Origin: Candidatus Binatia bacterium
Lineage (GTDB): Bacteria > Desulfobacterota > Binatia > UBA9968
Direction: 5' to 3'
Length of the DNA: 64,000 nt
Assembly (NCBI GenBank): GCA_050735675.1
Contig: JBOHVN010000252.1
Coordinates: forward strand, 223 to 64,222
The notes beneath the pieces were generated by a model. The model was not told where the DNA came from. It made no database searches and saw only the letters and a list, made by a program, of their open reading frames with translations. Shown here piece after piece: positions 8,753-20,483 of the stretch. How positions within the stretch are numbered: position 1 is the stretch's first letter; each line of letters begins with the position of its first letter. Both the position numbers and the translations under genes were made by a program.

Positions 8753-10279
8753 TCAGGAATGAATCTCCGGTTGCAGCGCGGCGTAGGGCAAATCGATAAT
8801 AAAGCGACAAAATTTTTCAGGCTCGCTTTCCACCCGAATCTCCCCGCCGTGATCTTTGATGATGCCGAAAACGACCGATAACCCCAAGCCGCTGCCCTCG
8901 CCGATGTCTTTGGTGGTGAAGAACGGATCAAAGACACGACCGAGGTTCTCAGGAGCAATCCCACCGCCGTCGTCTTCGAAATAAATTCGTACGCCGCGGC
9001 GGGCGCCGTTGGCGGAAAGCTTCTTCACCTGAGGAGCGCCAGGCTCGACGCGAATCGTGATCGATCCACCGTGCTTTAGTGAAAAGATCGAATTAGTGTA
9101 AAGGTTGATGAAGACCTGTTGGAGCAGCTCTGCATCACCGCGCAGCGGCGGCAAGACTTTCGGCGCTGCTATTTCGACTCGAATGCTTTTCTTCTCGATC
9201 TGGTGCTCGACCAAATCCTTCACGCGGTTGAGCAGCGCGGTGATGTCAACCTGGCGAAATACCGGTTCGCGGCGCCGCGAGAAGTCCAGCAGCTGGCGCA
9301 CGATCGCGGCGATCCGCTCGCTTTGCGAACCGATGATCTGCAGATTATTTTTCATCTCATCGGCGCTGCGCGGCCGGCGCAGCAGGTGCTCGGCGCGGCC
9401 GGAGATAATATTGAGCGGCGTACCGATCTCGTGAGCCAGTCCCGCGGCAAGCTGCCCAACCGACGCCAAACGTTCCGAACGGCGCAGCTCCTGTTCCAGT
9501 CTGAGTTTCTCACCTTGCTCGGCTATCAAACGCTGATAACTGTTTTGTAGCTCCTCCGACATCAGATTAAATTCGCGTGCCAGAGTGGCGATTTCGTCTT
9601 TTCCACCGATGTCGATGCGTTGCTGCCAGTGACCACGGCCGACCTCGCGAACCCGCTCGATCAGTCGATGAATCGGGTGAGCGATGCTGCGCTGCACGAT
9701 GACCCAGACCAGCACCGAGAGCACCAGCGCCAACGCCGCGCTCGTCCCTAAAATACGATTGCGCCTTTCGGGGATCGAGGCGACCAGCCCGGCGCCGTGG
9801 CGCGCCAGCACAAACGCGCCTACCGCTTCGCCCCGGTAGCTGTAAATCGGCTCGATGCGATAATAGATGAAAGTCCTTTGATCGCGGATATAGCCTTCCA
9901 TCGCCGTCTTATTGCGCAGCACCGGTCGCGGGTCCAGCTCAAGGATGCGCGCCGGATCCATATCCGGGAAGTCGTCCGGAAAATTCAACGAAGATGAGAT
10001 CGCCACAGGCTGGGCCTCGAGATCATAGATGATTAATGCGTGTATGTTGCCGCGTGGCGCCATGGCTCGCGCAAAATCTTGGGTGGCGGCGATATTCTGA
10101 TGGTCGGCATAGATGTCTCTTAGCGCCACTCGCACGGCATGAGCGAAGCCGCGCATGCCGACACGGATGCCGCGGATGACGTTTTCCTCGTCTTGTTGGA
10201 TGCTCAGATAACCATGGACGGTCATCGTTAACGCGACTGTGAGGACGATCAATACAATGATCCTGGTTCCGAGCTTCAT
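8753..10279 (-). CDS. Membrane sensor histidine kinase (2 TM, periplasmic sensor, HAMP, HisKA, HATPase_c)
   Basis: There is a TM helix at the N-terminus and a second near ILGTSAALALVLSVLVWVIV. H-box: LAAGLAHEIGTPLN. G-boxes: DDGGGI and GSGLGLS. Confidence 0.85.
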   Translation of the reverse strand: MKLGTRIIVLIVLTVALTMTVHGYLSIQQDEENVIRGIRVGMRGFAHAVRVALRDIYADHQNIAATQDFARAMAPRGNIHALIIYDLEAQPVAISSSLNFPDDFPDMDPARILELDPRPVLRNKTAMEGYIRDQRTFIYYRIEPIYSYRGEAVGAFVLARHGAGLVASIPERRNRILGTSAALALVLSVLVWVIVQRSIAHPIHRLIERVREVGRGHWQQRIDIGGKDEIATLAREFNLMSEELQNSYQRLIAEQGEKLRLEQELRRSERLASVGQLAAGLAHEIGTPLNIISGRAEHLLRRPRSADEMKNNLQIIGSQSERIAAIVRQLLDFSRRREPVFRQVDITALLNRVKDLVEHQIEKKSIRVEIAAPKVLPPLRGDAELLQQVFINLYTNSIFSLKHGGSITIRVEPGAPQVKKLSANGARRGVRIYFEDDGGGIAPENLGRVFDPFFTTKDIGEGSGLGLSVVFGIIKDHGGEIRVESEPEKFCRFIIDLPYAALQPEIHS

Positions 10280-10598
10280 GGCTGTAAGCTAGCCCGCAGC
10301 AATTTCGAGTCCGGCTCGCCTGGCGCTGAAATAACCGCAATCCTGTTCGACATTCGCGGCGAGCTCGGGTTTTCGCGCCAACATGGCGCGGTCATCGTGT
10401 TGCAACTTACCGCGCCGCTGTAGGGATTTGCCCCCGCGCGCTTTATCCAAGCGATTTAATAGCTTGGGTCCGCGACGACACTGTTTTTAATTTTATTGTG
10501 TGGCCATTTGCAACAGCGATTTTTTTTGTGCCCAACGACCAACCGCCTAAAGCGCTGATTTCTCTTGGTGCGGCCCATCATTATTTTCTTTGCTCGTT

Positions 10599-10614
10599 TG
10601 GCATCGCGGTTGCT
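10599..10614 (+). promoter_or_regulatory. Sigma54 (-24/-12) promoter
   Basis: TGGCATcgcggTTGCT has the exact GG-N10-GC spacing of the TGGCAC-N5-TTGCW consensus. It lies about 70 nt upstream of the small ORF at 10683 and is divergent from the sigma54 activator operon. Confidence 0.55.
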
Positions 10615-10682
10615 GAGTTACTCATCATCGCAGATCCCAAAAATCGTAAAACACTCATTCTCGGAGAGGAGGTGAAAATAGC

Positions 10683-10820
10683 ATGAAGAAATTGATGATC
10701 GGCTTGGCAATGGTTTTTGCGTTTAACCTGATCAGCTCGATCGCGAATCTATCCGCGCCAGTCAGCTTTGCGCAGGAAGAGCCAGCGCCGGAGCCGAAAC
10801 CTGAAAAACCCGGCGAGTAA
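10683..10820 (+). CDS. Small secreted peptide precursor (45 aa)
   Basis: My own translation gives MKKLMIGLAMVFAFNLISSIANLSAPVSFA/QEEPAPEPKPEKPGE. There is a strong SD (ggagaggagg) 8-17 nt upstream. The signal peptide has an AxA-like SFA site and the mature part is about 15 aa. Confidence 0.45.
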   Translation: MKKLMIGLAMVFAFNLISSIANLSAPVSFAQEEPAPEPKPEKPGE

Positions 10821-10849
10821 GACAATTCTCAATGCTCCCAGGCTGCTTA

Positions 10850-10879
10850 CTGGTGAGAGGAAATATTTCCTCTCACCAG
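10850..10879. terminator. Perfect 11-bp hairpin between convergent genes (no U-tract)
   Basis: The hairpin is ctggtgagagg-aaatattt-cctctcaccag. It lies between the stop of the peptide ORF (10820) and the stop of acyP (10908). Confidence 0.35.
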
Positions 10880-10907
10880 TGGCAGCCCAACCAGCCGCTC
10901 CGTTCGC

Positions 10908-11201
10908 TCACCGTTTGATTGAAAACTGCCGCTCGCTGTTTTGCGCGGCCCGCCACTGCACGTCGATCCGCGTGGCCTTGGCGCCCGGCGGTCCCTGCCA
11001 GCACCACGAAATCAGGTCTTCAAGCTGATTCCTTGGGCCCTCAGCGATGGCCTCCACTGAACCGTCGGAGCAATTTCTAACCCAACCTGTAAGACCGAGC
11101 TTTTGCGCTTCCTGGAGCATCGAAGCACGATAGTAGACACCTTGGACGCGCCCGCGGATGGTCAAATGCACTCGGGCCATGTCGGCAGAACTGTCCATCA
11201 T
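10908..11201 (-). CDS. acyP: Acylphosphatase
   Basis: The sequence VHLTIRGRVQGVYYRASMLQEAQKLGLTGWVRNCSDGSVEAIAEG is the acylphosphatase signature. The start is uncertain: Met codons occur at 11246, 11201 and 11180. Confidence 0.85.
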   Translation of the reverse strand: MMDSSADMARVHLTIRGRVQGVYYRASMLQEAQKLGLTGWVRNCSDGSVEAIAEGPRNQLEDLISWCWQGPPGAKATRIDVQWRAAQNSERQFSIKR

Positions 11202-11438
11202 GATTCCTCTTTCATCTAGCCTAGCCGCGGTAGTGCGGCAAGCCAATCGCGCGGATGCGTATCACTTTAAAATATTTGACAAGCGCGGTTTGACTTTTGT
11301 AGGCTGGCGCCGTTTCGAGGGGGCCCGGTTACCGAAGAGCGCGCCGAGCGAGTGTTGTGAGACCCGTTTGAGGCCTTGCCCTTTGGCTAAGTCGATCCCG
11401 GCAGAATGAGCAATCGTTGATCCAACAAGGAGGGCCAA

Positions 11439-11759
11439 ATGGGAGCAAAGTTATACGTTGGCAACCTTCCCTACAATGTCACCGAGGAGAGGCTCCAGCA
11501 ACACTTCGCGCAACATGGTTCGGTGATCAGCGCGCGGATCATCACCGACAAGTTCAGCGGCCAGTCCAAGGGCTTCGGCTTCGTCGAGATGAGCTCTGAC
11601 GCCGAAGCGGAGAAGGCGACCAGCGCGCTCAACGGCACCGACTTCGAGGGCCGCAATATCGTCGTTAGCGAAGCTCGCCCGCAAGCGCCGCGTGAGCCGC
11701 GCCCGGGCGGATCCGGCGGTTTTGGCAGCGGCCGTCCGCCGCGGCGCGATCGTTATTGA
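11439..11759 (+). CDS. RRM-type RNA-binding protein with Gly/Arg-rich tail
   Basis: RNP2 is LYVGNL and RNP1 is KGFGFVEM. The C-terminal tail reads PGGSGGFGSGRPPRRDRY. Confidence 0.9.
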   Translation: MGAKLYVGNLPYNVTEERLQQHFAQHGSVISARIITDKFSGQSKGFGFVEMSSDAEAEKATSALNGTDFEGRNIVVSEARPQAPREPRPGGSGGFGSGRPPRRDRY

Positions 11760-13844
<2,085 letters not shown>

Positions 13845-13897
13845 TTATCTCGCTGAATGAAGCTAACCTGACATCGCGTTGACCCCCTCTACCTGTT

Positions 13898-15670
13898 ATG
13901 TTAACCCTTCAACTAATGGCCACGCGCTCATTTCGGGCGACTCTCTTCTTGCTGCTCCTGTGCGGCTGCGCGACGGCAGTTCCCGAGCCCAAACGACCTC
14001 CGGATGGCTTGAACTTGGACTTGACGCCGGAAGCAGCGCCATTTCGAAACCAGCCCAAGATTGAAATCCCTGCCGAAGCGGCGGTGATCCATCACTTCTT
14101 AAAGGGCCAGCTTCTGCTGGGCGAGGGCGATTTCGACGCGGCATTGAAGGAATTTGAAGGCGCTTCCAAGGCGAATCCTGACGATGCATTCCTGCATTTC
14201 CGGTTGGCATCGCTGTACCTGCGCAAAGGCGATTTAAAGAAAGCGCTGGTAGAGGCCGAGGCGGCGGTCAAGCTCGATCCCAAGGGCGTCGATAATCACC
14301 TGCTCCTGGCCGGCCTTTATTCCTCGCTCGGCGAGAATCAAAAAGGGCTCGGCGAATACGACGAGGTCCTGAAACTCGATCCGAAAAACCAAGAAGCGCT
14401 GCTCTATCTGGGCGCGCTTTACTTGCAGGTCGAGGACTTGCCGCGCGCCAGTCAGCGGCTGGAGGAACTACTTAAGCTCAACCCCAATTCCACCTTGGGG
14501 CACTACTATCTCGGTCGCGTGCGCGCCAAGAGCAAGCTCTATCTGGCCGCCGAGCAGAGCTATCGCAAGGCCCTGGAGTTGAATCCCAAGTCCGAAGCGG
14601 TCTTGATGGATTTGGCGCTGGTCTACGAGCTGGAAGGCAAGACCGAGGAAGCGATTCAAACTTACCAGCGTTTGCTCCAAGTCAACGCGCAAAATGTCTG
14701 GGCGCGACGCCGGTTGGGCGAGATCTACGTCGGCCAGAACAAGCTTGACGAAGCCATGCGCCAGTTCGAGTCGCTGCAAGGTTCGGAAGTCGACCCGCGC
14801 GAGACGCGGATCAAGATCGGCCTCATTTCCTTCGAAAAGGGCGATTTCGAGCGCGCGGCGACCGAATTCAATCTGGTCCTGGCCGGTGATCCCGAGAACG
14901 ATCGCGCGCGCTACTACCTGGGCGCCACTTACATCGAAATGAAGGCTGACGATAAAGCGCTCGAGACATTCGAACGCGTGGCCGAAAAAAGCGAGCTTTA
15001 CGTCGATGCCCGGGTGCAAGCCGCCTATCTCTACGACCGCAAAGAGCAAACCCAAAGGGCCATCGAAGTGCTCCAACCGGCGCTGAAAAAGCGCAACGAT
15101 CGCAAAGAAATTTATGCGTTCTTAAGTTCCCTTTACCGCAAGTCCAAGGAATATCCCAAGGCGATCCAGGCCATGGAGCGGGTGGTGACTCTGGATCCGA
15201 AAAGCGATGAAGCTTACTTTCAGCTCGGCGCGCTCCATGACGAGAACAAGAACAAAGAGAAATCGGTCGCGAGCATGAAGAAAGCCATCGAGCTCAATCC
15301 GAGAAATGCCGCGGCGCTCAATTATCTCGGCTATACCTGGGCCGAAATGGGTGTGCAGCTTGAAGAAGCGGAAGATTTGATCCTGCGCGCGCTCAAGATT
15401 CAACCCAACGACGGGTTCTACATCGACAGCCTGGGCTGGGTTTATTATCAAAAAGGCGATTATGTCAGAGCCATCGAACAGCTCGAGCGGGCGGTCGAGA
15501 TCACCGTCGACGATCCGACGATCATCGAGCACCTCGCCGACGCCTACGAAAAGATCGGCAAGACGGACCGGGCGCTGGTGCGCTACCGCGAATCGCTCAA
15601 GCGCTCCAAAGAAAGCGACCAGATCAAGCGCATTCGTGAAAAAATCCAGCGCCTGGAGAAAAAGATTTGA
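13898..15670 (+). CDS. TPR-repeat lipoprotein
   Basis: The lipobox-like sequence is LLLLCGC. TPR units run throughout (e.g. ALLYLGALYLQVEDLPRA, GHYYLGRV, ARYYLGATY). Confidence 0.8.
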   Translation: MLTLQLMATRSFRATLFLLLLCGCATAVPEPKRPPDGLNLDLTPEAAPFRNQPKIEIPAEAAVIHHFLKGQLLLGEGDFDAALKEFEGASKANPDDAFLHFRLASLYLRKGDLKKALVEAEAAVKLDPKGVDNHLLLAGLYSSLGENQKGLGEYDEVLKLDPKNQEALLYLGALYLQVEDLPRASQRLEELLKLNPNSTLGHYYLGRVRAKSKLYLAAEQSYRKALELNPKSEAVLMDLALVYELEGKTEEAIQTYQRLLQVNAQNVWARRRLGEIYVGQNKLDEAMRQFESLQGSEVDPRETRIKIGLISFEKGDFERAATEFNLVLAGDPENDRARYYLGATYIEMKADDKALETFERVAEKSELYVDARVQAAYLYDRKEQTQRAIEVLQPALKKRNDRKEIYAFLSSLYRKSKEYPKAIQAMERVVTLDPKSDEAYFQLGALHDENKNKEKSVASMKKAIELNPRNAAALNYLGYTWAEMGVQLEEAEDLILRALKIQPNDGFYIDSLGWVYYQKGDYVRAIEQLERAVEITVDDPTIIEHLADAYEKIGKTDRALVRYRESLKRSKESDQIKRIREKIQRLEKKI

Positions 15671-16488
15671 TTCGGTTCTCCGGGCGTGCCGCAGTTGCCT
15701 CGCTTCAGCCGTTAACTCTCTTTGTACTTGCAGCGCTTGTTTTGGGACTGCTCGGTTGTACGACCGTCGCGCCGCCGCCTGCGCCAAAATTGCCCGCGCC
15801 GCAGTGGGATTCGAGTCAGCTGATCGAGTCGATCAAGCAACGCAACGAAAACTTTCGCTCGCTGCGCGCGCTGGCGCAGGTCGATTACACCGGGCCGGAA
15901 GGCAAGCAAGGTTTTCAGGAAGCGGTCATCGTGCAGCGGCCCGACCGTTTGCGTCTGGAAACGCTGACTTTTTTAGGCACGATACTTATCGTGACGGCGA
16001 ATGACAAAGAAATTATCGGCTATCATCCGCGCGAAGGCGTGTTCGTGCGCGGCCGGGCGACGAAAGAAAACTTGCAGCGCTATACGCAGATTCCATTGGA
16101 ACTCGAAGAGATTACCATGTTGCTGATGGGCTTGCCGCCCGTGGAAGCGTCCGCGCCGTGGAAGCAGGAGGGCAACACGCTGATATTTTCGTCGAACGGC
16201 CTCGCCCGGGACGTAGTGGCGTTCGACTACCAGCAACCGGTGCCGGCCCGATGGCAGCGCTTCAATGACAGCGGCGACGTGCAGTTGACCGCCCATTTCA
16301 GTGATTACGTTGGCACTCCGGCCGGGCTGTTTCCGACGAGGATTGTATTCGAGTCCAACACGCAAAAGAAAAAACTCGAAATTCGTTACAAAGACCCGGA
16401 GCTCAACGCCACGATCACGTCCGATCTTTTCTCCCAGCAAAAACCGGCGCACGCCCAGGAAGTGCCGATCGGGGCGATTGGCAGTTAG
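15667..16488 (+). CDS. Outer-membrane lipoprotein, LolB/DUF4292-like
   Basis: The lipobox is LGLLGC. The TTG start overlaps the TPR gene stop. The family call is by recollection only. Confidence 0.5.
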   Translation: MIRFSGRAAVASLQPLTLFVLAALVLGLLGCTTVAPPPAPKLPAPQWDSSQLIESIKQRNENFRSLRALAQVDYTGPEGKQGFQEAVIVQRPDRLRLETLTFLGTILIVTANDKEIIGYHPREGVFVRGRATKENLQRYTQIPLELEEITMLLMGLPPVEASAPWKQEGNTLIFSSNGLARDVVAFDYQQPVPARWQRFNDSGDVQLTAHFSDYVGTPAGLFPTRIVFESNTQKKKLEIRYKDPELNATITSDLFSQQKPAHAQEVPIGAIGS

Positions 16489-16491
16489 CTG

Positions 16492-18264
16492 ATGTTGCGC
16501 AGGAGTTGGCGAACGCTGCTAGCGTTACTGCTGCTGGTCGGGTGCGGCGACCAGACCGAGGTCATGATCGGCGAGGCGCAGACGGCGGCGAACACAAAAG
16601 TTTCCGGCCCGCCCGTGACCGGCGACTGGCTGGTTCTTCACGCGCTCAGCGATCCGGAACAGCTCAATCCGTTGACGTCCAGCGACGCAGGTTCGAGCGA
16701 AGTGCTGGGTTACATTTTTGAAGCTCTTTTGACCCGGGATCCGCGCACGCTGGCATTTAAACCGCTGATCGCCGAGGCTCGCCCCGAGATCTCTCAAGAC
16801 AAGCTCACCTATACATTCAAGATCCGTAAAGACGCCAAGTTCCAGGACGGCCGTCCGATCACCGGCGAGGACGTTCTGTTCAGCGTGAAGGCGATTAAAT
16901 GTCCTTTCGTCAATGCGCCGTTTTTGCGGGTCTACTACAATTCGCTCATCGATGCCCAGCTCGTCGACCCTTACACGATTCGCTTTGTGATCACGGAACC
17001 CTACTTTTTAAATGAAAGTGTCCTCGGCGGCATTGCCGTCCTGCCGCGTCATTATTACGACCCCGACAACCTGCTGGCGCGGGTGAGCGTGCGCGATCTC
17101 ACGCAAGACCCCGCTAAGTTGCCCGACGCGGTCAAGCGATTCGGCGAGCAGTTTAATCGCAATTATAGTCGCGACCCCCTGGGCAGCGGGCCTTACAAGT
17201 TCAACGTGTGGAAGACCGGCCGGGAAGTCGAGCTGGCGCGCGATCCGGACTACTGGGGCAACGGCAAGGCGGGCATCGACCAGCCTTACTTAGACCGTCT
17301 CAAGTTTCGCGTCATCAACAATTTCGATGCGGCGTTGATCCGGCTAAAGAGCGGCAGCCTCGACTACATGGAAGTCTTACAACCGGTGCAACATGTGCGT
17401 GGCACCAATAGTCAGCGATTCAAACGGGAGTTTAGAAAATACGAATACTACGCGCCGACGTACACGTATATTGGCTGGAATAACGCTCAGCCGATCTTTC
17501 GCGACAAGAGAGTTCGCCAGGCGATGACGCATCTTACCGACCGCAAACAGATTGTTAAAAGCGTGCTGTTCGGTCTCGGTGAAGTGGTCGATAGCCACAT
17601 TTATCTATTCCGCCCCGAGTACGACAAGACGCTGAAGAGTTACCCTTTCGATCCGCAAAAGGCGCTGGCGTTGCTGCACGAAGCGGGCTGGCAGGACACG
17701 GACGGCGACGGCGTGCTCGACAAGGTCATCGACGGCAACAGAGTTCCACTGCGCTTTGAGATCAAGATCAACTCCGGCAACGCCGTGCGCAAAAGCGTCG
17801 CTCTGGTGCTTCTGGACGAACTTAGGAAGCACGGCATCGCGGCCAGCGTGCGCGAGTTGGACTGGACGATATTTCTCAACGACGTGAAGAATCACCATTT
17901 CGATGCGGTCGTGCTCGGTTGGCAGATGTCGACGACCGAGCCTGACGCTTACCAGGTGTGGCACTCGTCTCAAGCGGCGAATAAGGGTTCCAACGCGATC
18001 AGTTATAAGAACGCCCGCGTGGACGCGATTTTGGAGCAGTACCGGCGCGAATTCGATGAACAAAAGAGAATTCAGCTCTATAAGGAATTTCAGCAGATCC
18101 TGCACGACGAACAGCCCTACACTTTTCTGTACGTCAGCAAGCGTGTATCCGCGGTACACCACCGTTTTCAGAACGTCGAAGTTTTTCCCGACGGTTTGCG
18201 CCCGATCGACTGGTGGGTTCCGGCCTCGCTGCAAAAGTACGCCAGCACTATCACTGCCCGTTAG
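16492..18264 (+). CDS. ABC transporter substrate-binding lipoprotein, family 5 (peptide/nickel, OppA/DppA-like)
   Basis: The lipobox is LLLVGC. The body is SBP_bac_5-like (GTGPYKF-type motif GSGPYKF, GWQMSTTEPDAY). Confidence 0.9.
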   Translation: MLRRSWRTLLALLLLVGCGDQTEVMIGEAQTAANTKVSGPPVTGDWLVLHALSDPEQLNPLTSSDAGSSEVLGYIFEALLTRDPRTLAFKPLIAEARPEISQDKLTYTFKIRKDAKFQDGRPITGEDVLFSVKAIKCPFVNAPFLRVYYNSLIDAQLVDPYTIRFVITEPYFLNESVLGGIAVLPRHYYDPDNLLARVSVRDLTQDPAKLPDAVKRFGEQFNRNYSRDPLGSGPYKFNVWKTGREVELARDPDYWGNGKAGIDQPYLDRLKFRVINNFDAALIRLKSGSLDYMEVLQPVQHVRGTNSQRFKREFRKYEYYAPTYTYIGWNNAQPIFRDKRVRQAMTHLTDRKQIVKSVLFGLGEVVDSHIYLFRPEYDKTLKSYPFDPQKALALLHEAGWQDTDGDGVLDKVIDGNRVPLRFEIKINSGNAVRKSVALVLLDELRKHGIAASVRELDWTIFLNDVKNHHFDAVVLGWQMSTTEPDAYQVWHSSQAANKGSNAISYKNARVDAILEQYRREFDEQKRIQLYKEFQQILHDEQPYTFLYVSKRVSAVHHRFQNVEVFPDGLRPIDWWVPASLQKYASTITAR

Positions 18265-18273
18265 AAATAGTTT

Positions 18274-19305
18274 ATGACCGCCTACTTAGTTCGGCGATTG
18301 CTGCTTATGATTCCGACTTTCATCGGCATCACGCTGATCGCATTCTTGATCATGCGCCTGGCGCCGGGTGACCCGGCTGAGCTGCGCGCCGCCGGCGGTC
18401 TTGGCGCCGCCGCCGGCGGTGGTATCTCCGTTGAAAAGCGCGGTGCCGTGGACGAAGCGATGGCCCAGTGGCGCTCCCAGTACGGTCTCGATAAACCGCT
18501 CCATGTGCAGTATGCCGTGTGGCTGAAAAATCTCGCGACCTTAAGCTTTGGTGACTCGTTCAAAGACAATCAGCCGGTTTGGAACAAGATCGCCGAACGC
18601 CTGCCGGTAACCGTCACGCTGAATGTTTGGTCGATCCTCGTGGTGTATCTGGTTGCTATTCCCTTGGGAATTTATTCCGCGACCCGTTCCGGTGCCTTCG
18701 GCGATCGCATGACGACTCTGGCGGTGTTTGTGCTTTTTGCCGTGCCGTTGGTGTGGGCGGCGACCATGGCGCTGGTGTTCCTCTGCGGCGGTGATTTTTA
18801 TTATCTGTTTCCGCCCGGCGGCCTGGAGTCCCTGGATTATTCCCAGGATTGGTCCTTCTGGCAAAAATTTGCCGATCACGCCTGGCACCTGTTCCTGCCG
18901 GTAGTCTTGCTCTCCTACGACGGCTTCGCCGTTTTGTCGCGCTATATGCGTTCGAGCATGCTCGAAGTCTTGAGCCAAGACTACGTTCAAGTGGCGCGCG
19001 CCAAAGGGCTTCAAGAAAAAAAGGTTATCTTGAAGCATGTGCTGCGCAATTCGTTGATTCCGCAGATCACGATTTTGGCGTCGATCCTGCCGGGTTTGAT
19101 CGGCGGCAGCATTATTATCGAAACGATTTTTTCCATTCCCGGATTGGGACAGCTGGGATACGAGTCGGTTCTGGCGCGCGATTATCCGACGGTGCTGGCG
19201 CTGTTGACCGTCAGCGCCGTGCTCACTCTGATCGGCATTCTCATCTCGGATATTCTGCTGTCGATCGTCGATCCAAGAATTGCCTTTGGACGCCGCCTGC
19301 AATGA
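18274..19305 (+). CDS. ABC transporter permease (OppB/DppB-like)
   Basis: The EAA-loop region reads DYVQVARAKGLQEKKVILKHVLRNSL. Multiple TM segments are present. Confidence 0.9.
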   Translation: MTAYLVRRLLLMIPTFIGITLIAFLIMRLAPGDPAELRAAGGLGAAAGGGISVEKRGAVDEAMAQWRSQYGLDKPLHVQYAVWLKNLATLSFGDSFKDNQPVWNKIAERLPVTVTLNVWSILVVYLVAIPLGIYSATRSGAFGDRMTTLAVFVLFAVPLVWAATMALVFLCGGDFYYLFPPGGLESLDYSQDWSFWQKFADHAWHLFLPVVLLSYDGFAVLSRYMRSSMLEVLSQDYVQVARAKGLQEKKVILKHVLRNSLIPQITILASILPGLIGGSIIIETIFSIPGLGQLGYESVLARDYPTVLALLTVSAVLTLIGILISDILLSIVDPRIAFGRRLQ

Positions 19306-20378
19306 GATCGAATCCAACTGAAGCCGCATCTTTCAAGACGATCGATTCGCAAGGCTCCTCGGGTACCATCGAGGCCGGCGGTGGGCTGTGGTCCGATGTT
19401 TGGAAACGCTTCAAGCGCAATCCCATCGCGCTCGCGGGCTTCTACGTCGTCTGTTTATTGGCGTTCATCGCGCTCTTCGCCGATTTTATCGCCAACGATA
19501 AACCTTATTATCTCGATTATCGCGGCAAAATCTATTTTCCAATCATTCGCAGCTACATCGTCGACGCCGATCTCGGCCGGTGGCCGGCCGAGCTATTGAA
19601 CATCGATTTCAAAAAGCTCGAAGGCGCCAAAGCGGTTTTCCCGCCGATCCCGTACCGGGCCACCAGCATTAACTTGCTTGAACCGCTCGAATCTCCTTCG
19701 GTACGGCACTGGTTCGGCACCGACAAATTAGGCCGTGACGTTATGGCCGGCATGGTTCACGGGTCGAGAATTTCTCTTTCCATCGGCTTCGTGGCAGTTG
19801 GCATCGCTGTGATCATTGGCGTCATTCTCGGCGCCGTTGCCGGTTATTTCGGCTCCTGGGCGGATCTGGTGATCTCGCGGTTGTTTGAAATCATGCTATC
19901 CATACCGACTTTTTTTCTCTTGATCACCGTCGCCGCGCTCTTGCCGCCCAGTATCTTTTTAACCATGGCGATCATTGGCATGACCAGTTGGGTCGGAATC
20001 GCGCGCTTCACGCGCAATGAATTTCTCCGGATACGAAATCAGGACTACGTCACGTCGGCAATCGCTCTCGGAGTTACCGATCGAAAGGTCATGTTCCGGC
20101 ATATCTTGCCGAATGCTTTGGCTCCGGTCATCGTTTCCGTCGTCCTCGGTATCGCCGGAGCGATTCTTGTCGAATCGAGTTTGAGCTTTCTCGGCATCGG
20201 CGTGCCCGCTCAACTGGTCACCTGGGGTTCCATCCTGCGCGAAGCCAGCAGCACCACTTTTGCCTGGTGGCTGGCGGTGTTTCCGGGCTTCGCCATCTTC
20301 ATGACCGTGCTCGCCTATTACCTCGTCGGCGAAGGGCTGCGTGAAGTGCTCGACCCGCGGCTGCGGGGCTTGCGTTAA
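19302..20378 (+). CDS. ABC transporter permease (OppC/DppC-like)
   Basis: I placed the start at the ATG that overlaps the previous stop (ATGA). The sequence includes HWFGTDKLGRDV and DYVTSAIALGVTDRKVMFRHILPNAL. The longer track ORF from 18849 is an out-of-context extension. Confidence 0.9.
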   Translation: MRSNPTEAASFKTIDSQGSSGTIEAGGGLWSDVWKRFKRNPIALAGFYVVCLLAFIALFADFIANDKPYYLDYRGKIYFPIIRSYIVDADLGRWPAELLNIDFKKLEGAKAVFPPIPYRATSINLLEPLESPSVRHWFGTDKLGRDVMAGMVHGSRISLSIGFVAVGIAVIIGVILGAVAGYFGSWADLVISRLFEIMLSIPTFFLLITVAALLPPSIFLTMAIIGMTSWVGIARFTRNEFLRIRNQDYVTSAIALGVTDRKVMFRHILPNALAPVIVSVVLGIAGAILVESSLSFLGIGVPAQLVTWGSILREASSTTFAWWLAVFPGFAIFMTVLAYYLVGEGLREVLDPRLRGLR

Positions 20379-20483
20379 TCACGTCGTTTCTGTTAAGCCC
20401 GTCCAAGCTTTGCCGGTTGGCCCAGTAGAATTTACGATCAAACGTTCAAGTAACGTCGCGCGGTTGTAATAGGAGAAATCGAG

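Noticed and set aside
8743-8964. N-terminal extensions of track ORFs. These are the response regulator from 8964, oppC from 18849, oppD from 28740, trmFO from 53905, and the HExxH ORF from 47977.
   Set aside because: The extensions overlap the preceding genes or lack homology to the family. Internal starts match the family N-termini and give typical operon spacing.
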